NCBI RefSeq assembly: GCF_964204865.1
Contig: NC_135262.1
Span: 12,276,001-12,340,000 of the forward strand
Source of the DNA: Styela clava
Lineage: Eukaryota
Direction: 5' to 3'
Length of the DNA: 64,000 bases
Positions within the stretch are counted from its first letter, which is position 1. Each line of letters begins with the position of its first letter. The notes under the pieces were generated by a model. It had not been told where the DNA came from. It made no database searches and was given only the letters and a program-made list of their open reading frames with translations. Below are positions 36,524-49,268 of this stretch, one piece after another. The translations under genes were made by a program, and so were the position numbers.

Positions 36524-38202
36524 GTGTCACTTTTATTTTTGCGCGTAGGATGGGTTTTGAATGACTAAGGTCTATTCAGGCTATACTTCCGCGCGCCACA
36601 GCACTTAAATAGAAAGATAACAGAGCGCTTGGTAAGCGCAACAAAGTAACAAATTGGGTGGTTTATTTACTGTCATCGGGCCCCTTAATCGAGCCATAAT
36701 TATTTGGCTTTTCATACGCAGCCGAACATTTTTGTTAAATACTTCAGGCCATACAGAATGCCCTAGCAATACCATAATATTTGTATCATACAGCTCAGAC
36801 GCGCAGTCTTTTGAAACGGATATTATCAACCACATTACAGCAGAACGTATACTGTATCATCTTTTCCGATATGCACCATAAAAAGATAACAGACTATCAA
36901 CTGATGAAGCACATCACAACACTATGTCAATTTTGTATTTCAACCAATCAATCAATATTTAGAAGTAAATATATCGTCACGCTAATAACAAAATAAGTCA
37001 CTCTTTGACGGTTTTGGATTTTTGTAGCATAGTTATTTGTGTAAAGCTGCGCACCTGTCAGATTTTATCCAAAGATTCCGAAGTGCATAAAAGGAGAGAT
37101 TTATGTAACATACACAATGTTGTACAATGTTGCAATTGTTATTGCGGCGTCAAATGTCGAAATAAACTTCGGCGAAGCATTTTTTGAGTTTTTGCATCAT
37201 AGATTCTAGCTTAGCTGTTTTAAATTTGAACTTACATTATTGAATAAGAACTTGGAGACTTGTGAAGATCCTTTTCTGAGTCCAATTTATATTGTTTGGA
37301 ATTTATTTATAGATGCATCATTATTTTATTCTTTATATTTATTATTTATGGAAAGTCGTGTTTTCGTTTGGTGTGCAGAGCAAGTCATATTGGTAAAATA
37401 TATATATATTCAAAAAATTAAAAAATAATTTTTAAAAACAGATATCCTGTTTTGGGATTGGACATCGGAAATACTGCAAATTCCATACATTTTTTCGAAT
37501 GTTTGGTTTTCAGTACTGATGGATATAGCAGAGTTAAAAAATGCCTGTGTTCATAAGTCCAAGGCAAATTTCTGCGTAAGAAGCTGTGTGCCATTATGAC
37601 GTCACATATTGGCATCATACAAATAAATTTAAATCCGATTACAACAAAAAACTGAACGATGTGGATTGTTTTACTCTTAATGGCGGGTCGGCGGGACTAT
37701 ATCTTCAGAATTCTTTTTTCTGTTTTTCTCAAAACCGATAAAAATGGCTTTTAAATTTCTGTTATTAGGGCAGCGATATGGTGTTAATATTAATATATTA
37801 CAACGGTGACCACGGTGAACAGTAAAGTTAAAAATAAAATGTGTTCCAATTCAGAAAGTATAACAACTGGCTATTGTATCACTAACTATCAAAGAAAAAA
37901 CATATGAAATTCTTTTTCTATTGGATTCGCATTTAAAATGAACTGGCTGATGCTCTAAGTTAGCTTATTGCCGACTAACTGTTACAAATACCATCGCGCG
38001 AAGACGCTGTGAATATCACTGCTGTCGCGTTGATAAGAAAGTGCGGGATATGAGAAGAGGTTTATCAGCGTATAAGGTGAAAAATTACATTTTATTGAAG
38101 AGAACAAGTATCTACTATCTGAATGAAAGTGAAATAAATTTTTTTTTTATAGATACGAAAAATATAAACAGGCCAAATAGCTAATAAACTGTGTTATAGC
38201 TG

Positions 38203-41200
38203 TCATTTACAAGAAACCGCAGCATCTTCATTATGACCACAATTATGTTTATTCCAATCACCTCTTTGGCAGCTTATATTGCTCAACTCGTTTTCCGTGC
38301 ATTGTATGTCATCGAGCCATATTTTTTCCTTTCCCTGGCCATATACTAGTGGGTATGTTACATTGTTGTCATCCGTCCAGTAAATGGGAGGACCAAACTC
38401 AAGCATTCGACAAATAACCCGTGCGTCTTTCTCGTCCCAGCCATCGTCACAAATAGTTCCCCATTCTCCATTGTGCAAAATTTCAACTCGTCCTCCTTTA
38501 CCCGTTCCGTTCGCCAACCTAACTTTTCCTTTGTAATCAGGACCTGTCGAAATAAAAGTAGCTTGAATGAGTATAGATGTAATTAAACGACATGGATTTG
38601 ACTACATTTCATCCCTCAAAAAATAATAGAATATAAAATGAGAGTTCAAAACTTATTATTTTCATTATGCAAAAGTGGGCATCCACCGTCTCTTTGTGGT
38701 CCACATCTTTAGTAAAATTGCCAAACACAATGCAGATGTATATTACTCTGTATGACAAAATTGGGTAAAATGAACCCGAATTATGAGAGGAATGTATTCT
38801 AATAACATTAAAATGTTTACCATTCTCTAAAATTGAGTTGTTCCGCAGATTAAAAATTTCCTAATGTTTTATCTTACCTAAATTATTTATCCTGGTGTCT
38901 TGATTCGAATTTATAGATTTTAGACTTTGGATTTCATTGTTGGATATTTTTTGTGATTCTGAGATTCAGTAAATAGAGTATGATTTTATAGGTTTGAAAT
39001 AAAACAATTTAAACTAATGTGGCTGTAATTACACAACAAGTAATATTTTCTTACAAAAAGAATAATCCGAAAATTAGCGCATTAAAGTGTGAAGAAACGA
39101 CCTGACTGAAGACGGAAAAATTTAATTCATATATATCGAACCATGTGAAAATTCACACAATTTTTGATGATTCGATGTAGTATTATAGAACATTATTTTC
39201 ATCTCCTTATTTTGAGTAAAACTTTTGAAAAAGTATGACATTCTGTATCACGTTTATATTAGCGAGGAATTGGACAAGATATTGCACGATTCGAAATTTA
39301 CACATCCATCCTAGCGTTTAAATTATACATAACTATTCAACTAACCAGTAAATTCATTTCTGAAATTACGAAGTTTTTCTTCGAACTTGCTTTCTTGTTG
39401 TTGAAGTTTTTTTTCCAAGGCTTTTATTTCTTGAAAGGGAAATAAGATATTTATTATAATAAAAGAAAAAAATATAAAAAGAAGAATAGAATTAGAAAAC
39501 AATAAAAACAGACGACATAATAATCAAAATGAGAGCAGTCATTCAAAGAGGAGATTTAAATTCTGTAAAGGAATAAATACTGAAGAAAAGTCATATGCAA
39601 AAAAGTAAATATAGAATAAATAAAGCTAGAAATAGAAAAACAGTAAAACATATTTGAAAAAGCAGGAAACAAGTACTTAAAATTACGAACCTTTTACTCA
39701 TTTAATTTATGCCTGTTCTCACCTATTTTCAAATCCTCAACAGTTACATTGTGTTGAATGATTGTTTCATTCATTTCATCAATGAGAACTTCTTGCCAGA
39801 TTATAGTGTTGTTTAAATGAAGAACTTCGCCACTCAGTCGAAAAAATTCTAAAAATCAATAAATATAAAATATTTCAACATAGATAAAAATTTTCTTGAG
39901 CAAATCTTAAAATAAATTATATATTAATACTTCCGTGATTTATATATACCGTAGTATATAAATGATATCTTACACCGTCCCTTTGTTTATTGTACATGAC
40001 GGTGCATGGAGTCGTAACGTTTTTTATGGAATATTATTTTAATGATACAATGTTCGACTTTTTTCTCCTCTGTATTAATTAACTGTTAGGGTGTCGCTGC
40101 TTGTTAACCGCCGCTCGTTTTTAGGGTTTCCCTTCGCCCTGAAATGCCATTTTTACGCTCTTTTTATATTTTTTGTACAAAGTGTATTTTTAGTATAGTG
40201 AAAAAATGAACTAATGATTACTGAATTTACCATTTTGAAGATTGTCAGTAATAGTTGTATTAGCAATTCCTTGCAAGCCTCTTTCTCCCTGGATTCTCTT
40301 TATTCCACGAGGTCCACGGTATCCTCGTGGTCCGTATTCGTATATTTTAGTGGAACCATTGTTCGAAAAGGGAAATAAAACTTGTTCATTGTCGAGTATC
40401 AAAAATAAAATTAGTACCAAAGTCGAATAGTAACCATATCGAATATAGTTTCCTACTCCAGATTTTTTTTACATCAGATTGCAACCGAGTAGAGTAGTTA
40501 AGTATCAAAAAAGTGCCCTTACTGAAACATGCAATTTACACTTTGGACGAGGGAAAATCTGTTGCCATTGTGGTGTTGCTACTTCGTTATCAGCACAGTA
40601 GACAGGTGCAAAGCATTTCTTACCCAAATCAGAACATTTTGTCGGTTTGATTCAATATTTAATTTAATGGAGTATTCACAGCCTTACATAAATTAAAAAG
40701 AAACGATGTTCTGCCATCAATGTCATTGAAATTTCAGGCAAACTTCGAAAGAATCGTACACATATAATGTGAAGGTACAGCCGGATGTCATATAAAAGTG
40801 TGCCCATGGAATGAAAAACGCAAATTTTTAGTGGATCTATCCGGTTTCATAGGATTTGAAATATTAAATATCGCTGAAACAAGTGAGCGATGACCAAATA
40901 TATGGACTCTAAGGCTAGCCGGATCCGCAGTGTTCACGACTTTGGCTTATCACCAGATCGCGAACGAGTAACCGACACATGGTGCGCATTTTTTCAATTT
41001 TGATGACGTCATGGCACACACAAGCATAACGAATTCCTTGGAATCCGCTGAAATTTTTAAAAAGAAATTAGAAGGCAATTCGTTCATAACAACAACAATA
41101 AAAAGAATTTTAACAAGAACAAAAACCAAAACGATACATATGTGCATTTCGTGTTCAACAATCACGAATTAAAAAAACATGTCTAGTTGTGGTTAATTAA

Positions 41201-41629
41201 TTATGTTGGTGACTCTTAAATCCATAGCAATCGGGCTAAAAAATACAATTGCTTTCTTTAATTTCTGAAACTTTGAAAGCGTTTGTTCCTACCCCCAACA
41301 ACAAAAACAGTAACAACAATTTAGCGAAGTTTTTCATAGGCCCAAATTGTGTCCAATGAAATGAAAAATTCAGCATAGAAATCGAGATACTCGTAATAGC
41401 GTAATAAAATTCAGAATAATATAAATTAAATGAATATTCAAGAAATCTAGCAATTTGAAATCGAGAAAATATTACGAAATATAGAATTATTCATTCGGGA
41501 TTTTAAATGTGACTTTTGAAATTTGGCTTAAATTTTACACATATATAGTTATCAAAAATATCCCTCACCTTGGGATTCGGTAGCAACTCTAATTGCGAGA
41601 ACCAAACATATCAACAACTTCGTATACAT
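38203..41629 (-). CDS. Secreted coiled-coil/SRCR protein, copy 2; predicted exons 41569-41629, 39723-39848, 39346-39429, 38878-38958, 38203-38543 (~230 aa, collagen-less)
   Basis: Signal exon MYTKLLICLVLAIRVATESQ, three intact phase 1-1 exons and an intact 6-Cys SRCR exon. The homologs of exons 2 and 3 (~40522-40623 and ~40231-40363) have lost their AG acceptors, and the 63-nt exon is deleted. Confidence 0.72.
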
Positions 41630-44011
41630 GGTAAACTGTTTGGAAAACTTGAAATAAAAAGAAAGATTGTTTTAAGAACCTCTATTATCGACCATTCTAT
41701 ATCAAGTAAACTTACGATGTCAATTTGTGTGTAGTTATAGTATAACGAGATCTGACTCACGATTCGTGTGCCGTCGATGTTCCGTTTTCACTTTATACAT
41801 TTTTCAATTTCTCCTATATAATATAAAGCGAATGCATTATACCATGACCTTGTTATTTCCAGGTAGATACGTATAACAACGAAATACCAAGAATTAGAGT
41901 CATTTAGAGAATTTTGATTTGCAATTTCTTCAGAGCACCAGGACAATCCATATTGGCAAAAATCATTTAAAGTCAATTGTTAGCAGTTTAAAATATTGTG
42001 ATTTTATTTTGTTGATTGGTATGTTGTTTTTCGAAACCAGGAAATATTTTCAATAGTCTTAACAGTATTCAAATGCATGTGAAAATGCAAATTTGGCATA
42101 GAGAGAAATATTTCTTAATGTGGTTGACGCTCCGAGGACTGGCTCATCCTCCCGATTAATTGAAACTGGAGAGAAATCTTTCCAAACCAATATCTTTAAA
42201 CTATGTGTAAAATCAGAGAAGATAATCTGAAAATATCTATTCATCAACCCAAATTTCATGGTATAAAAGTAATTCTTTTTTCTTCATAAGATGCTTTTCT
42301 TTTCACATTTTTCAGCTTGAGGCTACAGCCACTAGTGCGTATGAAGCTACTGTTCTTATATTTGAGTGTAAATGTATTATATGAAATAGTTGTAATGTAG
42401 AATTTATTTCATAAATATGTTATTTGTTTCATATGCAAAAATGGTATTTTACCAAATATATTTTACATATTCCGAACATTATCGGATAATTGAACTGGGT
42501 TTTGTGACTTTAGTCATTCTTGTCACGCGTTCAGGAAAATATTATCGACTATTTCCTGCTACTAAATTGTGACTACGTGACGACAATTGAACACCCTAAT
42601 TAACTTAGACATGGGTCTCTATAGAACAATGGACTATACATGAAAAAGATGAGTTTCGAAAGGTCGAATCATCATATGTGATGCATGGTAGCATCAGCTT
42701 CCCGCTAGACTTTATTTTGTGAATACTGACGCTCCAGAATGAGTCTTCAAAATTTCCATTTCTTTTATCCGCTGACTTAAGATTTATGACGTTCCCTACT
42801 GTCAAATTCGAAACTGTGCGCTATTGTCAATGTAAAATATTATCAAACAAGCGTTACCATAGCCACGTAAAACAAGATAGCTCTTTATGTTTTACTACAG
42901 TAACATAGGAACCCAAATAAAATCTGATTGGGGTCGCCATAATCATAGCAGCGGCAGTTTACTTGTTTATGTCGCCGTGTAATAACGGTTGAAATTACTT
43001 ATTCATGAAAAACTGAATATATCCCTCGTGTCTTTTACATCGCAAAATAAATCTTAGTTAAATTCTACGTATGACTACCCATGATACGTACTTGGAAAAG
43101 TAATACAATTTTTAAAGTTACGTTCCACCAGGGGTGTAGCTGTGCAAAATGGTGTGCTTACGTCAAAGTCCAAATTCCGCTGTAAATACATACTTTTTCA
43201 ATAAATTCATAAAATGAAGGTTAAGTGAGTAATGAAAACAACTGTGGTATTTTGATTGCACATCCAAAAAAATTTTCGAATTCAGTTTTGGCTTCACGCG
43301 TCGTCCTATACTCGAAAACGCTGATTCACAAAAAAAAAACTGTTCCAATTCATTGAAACTAAGAAGTATGAAGAAATTGGTTTCAGATGTTGATCTATAA
43401 TAACTGCTGGTATATGGGGTAAGATTGGCCCCATCAGCGTGTCCGCACTCCCGTGTTATTCAACACACGTTGACAGAGTGAAACCCCGATCTGCACTCTT
43501 TCACAGGTCAATAAGCACACAATGTATTGTAATGTCAAATGTTCGTATATTGTAAAGTTGCACAATCGAATTGAATCCAAATACAGATACAATAAAATAT
43601 ACACCTCAACCTTTCAACACAGTTATACGGCCGAATCCAAGCAGTATGTCTGTACAATGGAAAATCCTTAAATTTCAACCCTCGGAAATACAAATACAAT
43701 ACAAAGAACGCTTGATACAAGGAAAACTAAGGCTTGTTGCTTGTCGTTATAAATCATTATCAGGAAAATAGCTAGAATGACCTATTTCATTAAATTTACA
43801 ACAGTATCCCGAGTTATTCACCCAGGGCACTGGTACGCCACTAATTTTTCGCCAACTCGTTTTTTGGTGGGGTTTTCACAAGTCGATTCAATTCTGTAAT
43901 TTAGTTAAATATACCTTTTTATAGTTTTATGACATCACAATGAAACTAAAAATTTATATAAATAAAATTGATTTATTTATATGTTAGTAAAATAATACCA
44001 CATAATTCAAC

Positions 44012-47000
44012 ATGGAAGAGATGGAATTAAATTTAACGGAAGATGAAATTCAGTTCGAGAAAGAAAGGTTAGAAAGAGAAAATGCGTCTTTGATACAAGA
44101 AATTGAAAGATTAGGAGGATTTGCGGACTCGTGTTTTCTGCCATTAAAACCAGATACATACAATGAGAAGACATACTCTACGGAAGCAGTTCCTCCTGCA
44201 TCAACTCTTACATCCCTGTCATCCTCTTCTACATCATATGCTGCGTTGCCGGGAAAATCTAAGGTATCTAATAACGAATCATGTGGATATGCATTCACAA
44301 TTTTATACCAGCTATATTTTTTACGTTTTAAAATGAGGTATGTAGCAGACATACTAAAACACAACAAGTTATGGTGGTGTCAAATTATATATCATGACAT
44401 CTAAACTGTAGACCCTGGTATTTCAATTCTACTTTTTATATGTCAAGAGTTTGCCATGAACTATTTGGTTTTGACAAAAAGCCTATCATACTATTCAGCC
44501 CGACGTTACCAGTGATTCACATAGCATGGGCGAATAGAACTGTAACAAAATTAGATTTTTGTATACAGTGATTAAATCAGTGAAGAAATGGAATGTCTAT
44601 AAAAGCTAATGGGGTTCGAGAACAAAAAGTTTAAGAATTACTCATCGAAGATGTGCTTTATCAAAAATAATAAAAACAACTTCACCAAGAGAATGATGAT
44701 TACTGATATACAACTCGTTCGATTGTTTGTTCAAAATTTGATGTATTCTCCGTCATCAAACATTCATAACTTCCCCCTTTTGTTCTCAGAAGCCACAAGT
44801 TGACAGTGTCGCGTTGTTGGCTGCAGCAAGTCAAAGTCCAAATGACGCAAATGCCAAGCGAATTGTAATGAAATCGGACTTTTTACGTAAGGTTTTGTAA
44901 ATTATAAAACCGTGATATACTATTAGTGATTTTTCAAATATTCAAGACTTTTAGAACGATGATACAAGAATTCAATGAGAAGTTGGCCAATGATTAAAAT
45001 CAAAAACTTCATTTTAAAAAGATAAAAAACGTGACACGAAGAAACCATTTTAAGGCACGAAATCGATGGTCATTGTTTGGAGTTAGTCTGATATTGCAGT
45101 CGGGTATCGAGTCAAGTTTTAATCGACCCGGAGCTAAAGTCGGATAAAGGCTTTCTCAGATTTTAGATCCCCGTCCACCCGTCATTTCAAACAGTAAACT
45201 TTTCAATATTCGTGAAGCTTAGAATCAATCTTCCATCCTATTTTCTGAGCTTGCTTTAACGCTCCTTTTTAATCTAAGATAAAACTATTAAATCTTACTC
45301 AGAATCTTACGATGATCTGAAGCTCAATGATACCAAAAAGAATGACAATCCACTATCATCTTTGTCTGAAGGTGCTCTAAGTTTTGATCAAATTGGAAGT
45401 GAAAAATATTCAACAACTCCACAAAGGTATTATAAAACAGATTAACAGTTGTTATCTGCAAAAAAGCAAAAAAGTTTGAAAATATTTTTCTGCAATATTT
45501 GTTTATAGCATTAAATATCTTCAATCAAATTCTTAACTTGTGTGTCATGTGTTTGTTTAAAACACACAACTGTTCAGTATTCTTGAGTATGTCATGGATA
45601 TAACAGAGACACTATATATCATAATACTAAGAAACTTGCTGTACTATGAAAAAAGAGCTCAATAGTGGCATCGTGCGACAGAGTAAATCATTAATCATGG
45701 TGTTAAGAAATCAACTTACCTTATGAAACCCCAAGATTTAACACAAGTGCTATTGCCTGAAACGTTCTTAAACAATTGCATATGCAGCTACGTTATATCT
45801 TAATTGCTTATAGATACTTCATTCCTGTTTCCTCCGCGGTGTTTACGAGTAGGGCCTGATCGATACTGCCTTTTTAAACCGATACCGATAGTTTTCTAAA
45901 ACTAGGCCGATAAGCCGATACCGATGTTTCCACACATAAAAAGATGGCTACAAGTAACAAGCAACACTCTGATAATTCTGTGTTTTTCTTGCAAAAGAAA
46001 TGAAATCTATAACAAAATGTTTAACTCATGCAATGATAACAAAAAATTGCATAACAAAATTTAGAGATCCCTAAAATTGGAGTTTCGAAAACTGTCGAGT
46101 GTCGACAGTTGAAAATTGTACATACTCTCAATACTTTTTTACTCAATTCCTATGAATTCAGTTTTATTAGGGCATGCGAAGCCCATAGGTGCTATTTTAA
46201 TCCCATTATCGTTAGTCCTAACTTTGGAGGTGTTTTGTGTAATTTTCAGATAAATTATTAACAATCATTAATAAGATAAAACTGTTGCCAAGAAATTTTA
46301 AATTGCATTTAGGGAAGTCTTGAATTCGGAGCTAGGAATGACATTATTATTTGATGATTGTGTTGTTACTGTACAACAGCCATCAAAATGCAAGAGTACA
46401 ATTATTTGTCATAGTAATAGACGTATATTACAAAGTATTGCCATCATAGGAAAATACGAATTCCATTGAAAGCAGGTATTGCCATCATAAGGATCCCCCA
46501 GCATGTGTTTCAGCTTCAAGTTTCTGGTACAATGTTCTTATGATTACTGACTCAACAGCTCAAATCTATTCTATTTATACAACTAGCATTTTCAGCGGAA
46601 ACTAAATTGCCTTTTCCCCCATGTGTACTCTCTCAAATAATATTATCGATAATAACCTTCCAGTTATGGCCATACATGAAATGAATAAATACACGCCACC
46701 CGACTTAATTTTGACACTTTGGCAGTCACATGATTGCCGATAACTATCGATAAAATTAGCCGATACTGATAGTTCGAAATTTGTGAAAAACAAAGTCGAT
46801 ATATCGGTCTGGCCCTATTTACGAGTAATTTTTACGAATTTCTCAGTGTTGAAATGTATAAAAATTATTGGTAGTCGCTAAATCCAGAGTATCGAGCCAA
46901 GTCGGTCGTCGAAAGCTCGAAACTCCCATCAATTTTGAGGTTCGAGACTCAGGGCCAGTTGAGTCACTACTCACTACACTCCCGATTTATGAGTCTGACG

Positions 47001-47981
47001 TTCAATCAACGTTCTTTTTAACACCAAACTAGGTATTATTCATGTGACAAAATTTACCACGCCATACCAGGGCTAATTTCAAATTCTTGCTGATGAATTT
47101 TCGATTTTTCAATACAACTTTAATCGACGTGGTAAATCATTGCAATGTTATTTTTTTGTTTCAAGCTATATCCGTGTGGTGTCAAGGCTCACTGCACTGG
47201 TTCGAACCTTAGTTTACTTTCATTTATTTTGTCTAGATGACTCGGTTCACTCCGGGTGAAAACCAATTACCAACTCTGCTCATTCAGGTTCTTCGAGCCC
47301 GGTCGTCAAATCGAGATAGGAAGAGTTCTAGACAAAAGAGGCGAAAGGAGCGAGGAAGGCACAATCGGACAATCTGTGCAACAACAATCAACTGGTTTTG
47401 GATCTGATTCTACACTCAGCAAAAAGTTAAATTTTGACAGCAGTGAAGAGGAGTTTGAGAACATCACTAAAATGACCAAATCCTACGACAAGAAAGGAAT
47501 TTTTGGCCGCAAGGACAAAAATTGGCAGAAGAGGGTGGTTGGGGAAATTGCATTCCAGCTTGACAGACGAATTTTGCAACATATATTTCATCACAGACGT
47601 AGACTGTATGGGTTCACTGTCCGGAATATTTCCGAAAAGATAGATGAAATAGCCACAGATGCAAATGGTGTTTATGACGTACGGAAAGCGACAGAATTGC
47701 ATGGACGCCAAAACTTTGTAATGTCGATGTTAGCCGAAAAAGCCGAATTCGATCCAAAATACCATCCGATGTTCTCAGAACTTCTGGTAAATAAGTATGG
47801 CATTTTGAAGGTCAATCCGTGGGAAGATAAAGAAGAACTGAAATCTCTCCAAAGTGTTGATTTTTTGACCAAACTTGTGACAGAGAATGCATTACCTGAA
47901 TATAGAACTGATGCTGTTATTTTACTCCGGGCACTAAATGCTATTTCTAGTTGGGATAAAAAGCCTATATTAATGTGGTGA
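44012..47981 (+). CDS. SPATC1L: Speriolin-like protein (SPATC1/SPATC1L family); exons 44012-44263, 44790-44886 and a last exon ending at 47981 (its acceptor unresolved)
   Basis: N-terminal coiled coil EKERLERENASLIQEIERL. C-terminal RVVGEIAFQLDRRILQHIF...RLYGFTVRNISEKI...YHPMFSELLVNKYGIL...DKKPILMW is the speriolin C-terminal domain. Confidence 0.8.
45850..46817. mobile_element. Non-autonomous hAT element with CCGATA subterminal repeats and perfect 8-bp TSD TTTACGAG
   Basis: TIR tagggcctgatcgata / tatcggtctggcccta. TTTACGAG at 45842-45849 and 46818-46825. Confidence 0.9.
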
Positions 47982-48657
47982 TAACTGATAAACAGATGTA
48001 ATAAATTGTTTCACATTGCTACTAGTATTTGAAAGTTGAAATTCCCAGCACATAGAGCTAATTAAACATAACCTAGACACCTCCACGCATTTTAACCAAA
48101 AACTTGTATACGGGAAAATAATAAATAATTTATTCATTTAAAATTCAAATTGCTATGCTATTAAAACGACAAATCTAATTAAAAAAGTAAGAGCGTATAT
48201 TGCTATCATTGCTGTATTTCATGTTTTTGAGTTGTTTTTCATAACAACAATAAGAAGAAGAAAATACCAACACGAATAAGAACAACAACATAATAACAAA
48301 ACGATCCATACGTACATTTCGTGTCCAATAAAAGTCAGCTAGCGCCCAACACAAGCATGCTATAAACATCAGGCATCATATTGTAAACAGTCTGTCACTG
48401 GTCTGTGATGTTTTGCATTCCTGCACGCTGCAAATAGAATTTTCTTTCTGACGATGCATCACAACAGCCACATACATATCCTGGGCAATGTTAGAGGATC
48501 GCAAGTAATCACTGATGCATAAATAAAAACATTTTATTCCATTCCCATGATACGATGATTGCTGTATAAGTGGTTCGTTGACCCAACTATTTTTACATTG
48601 CTGAGTTAGGGGCTAGTTGTCATGAAGTGCCTTTAATCAGATTACAACAAATTTAAA

Positions 48658-48895
48658 GAATACTTCCGTAGTATGTGCAACAAGATGACGGGCATCAGAA
48701 CGTAGTATGTGTATCAGGTTAGAGTCAGGCCGTAATTTTAGATACAAATACTACGGGAGTCACTTGGCCAGTCCCCGAACTGGTAATAGAACTAAAATAA
48801 GGAAAATTGGAATAAAATTTTGGTCTAACCTTAACCTGGTACACATACTATGTTCAGGTGTCCGCCATCTTGTTGCACATACTACGGGAGCGCCA
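48658..48895. mobile_element. Second copy of the 8869-9411 MITE family, without the nested insertion
   Basis: Same TIRs and same core tacaaatactacgggagtcacttggc.agtccccgaact. It is flanked by TTTAAA on both sides. Confidence 0.85.
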
Positions 48896-49268
48896 TTTTA
48901 AAGAGAGGCTACATAAAACCCGAATTGTGGTCTGATGTATTTTGACGGCTTACAAAAATTTGTTCGAGACGGTGGTATAAGAATGTCGGAAGCGGTTGTC
49001 CTGAAGATGAGTTGTGCAGGGTTGCCATACTGGCTTTTTAACGCCAAGATTAACATATTTCAAGGGTTGTGGTGCTTGTACCATTTGCTCGTTTAAATAG
49101 TTTTGACCTGACTTTTTTGATCACTGGAATCTGGCAACCCTGGATTTGTGCCAAGCGTCCTTTTGTATCAAGAATTGATATATGTTTAGGCGTTTCTCAC
49201 TACCGATACACCAATGCCAAGCGACATGTTGGCCCAACATGGTAATTGCAGATTCTCTTCAACAGAAA

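Larger units (their letters stand above)
24655..47035. repeat. Tandem segmental duplication: unit 1 ~24655-35425, unit 2 ~35425-47035
   Basis: Colinear homology throughout. Examples: ggcataagatgtaa...ggtttactag at 24656 and 35422; agtctgacgtt...accaaact at ~35381 and ~46992. SRCR genes and speriolin 5' segments occur in both units. Confidence 0.92.

Noticed and set aside
38203-41629. Calling SRCR copy 2 a simple pseudogene
   Set aside because: The remaining exons splice in frame and show mostly synonymous change in the 84-nt exon. A pseudogene is not fully excluded without expression data.
44264-44404. C-terminal part of ORF 44012..44404
   Set aside because: Read-through into the intron after the aag|gtatct donor.
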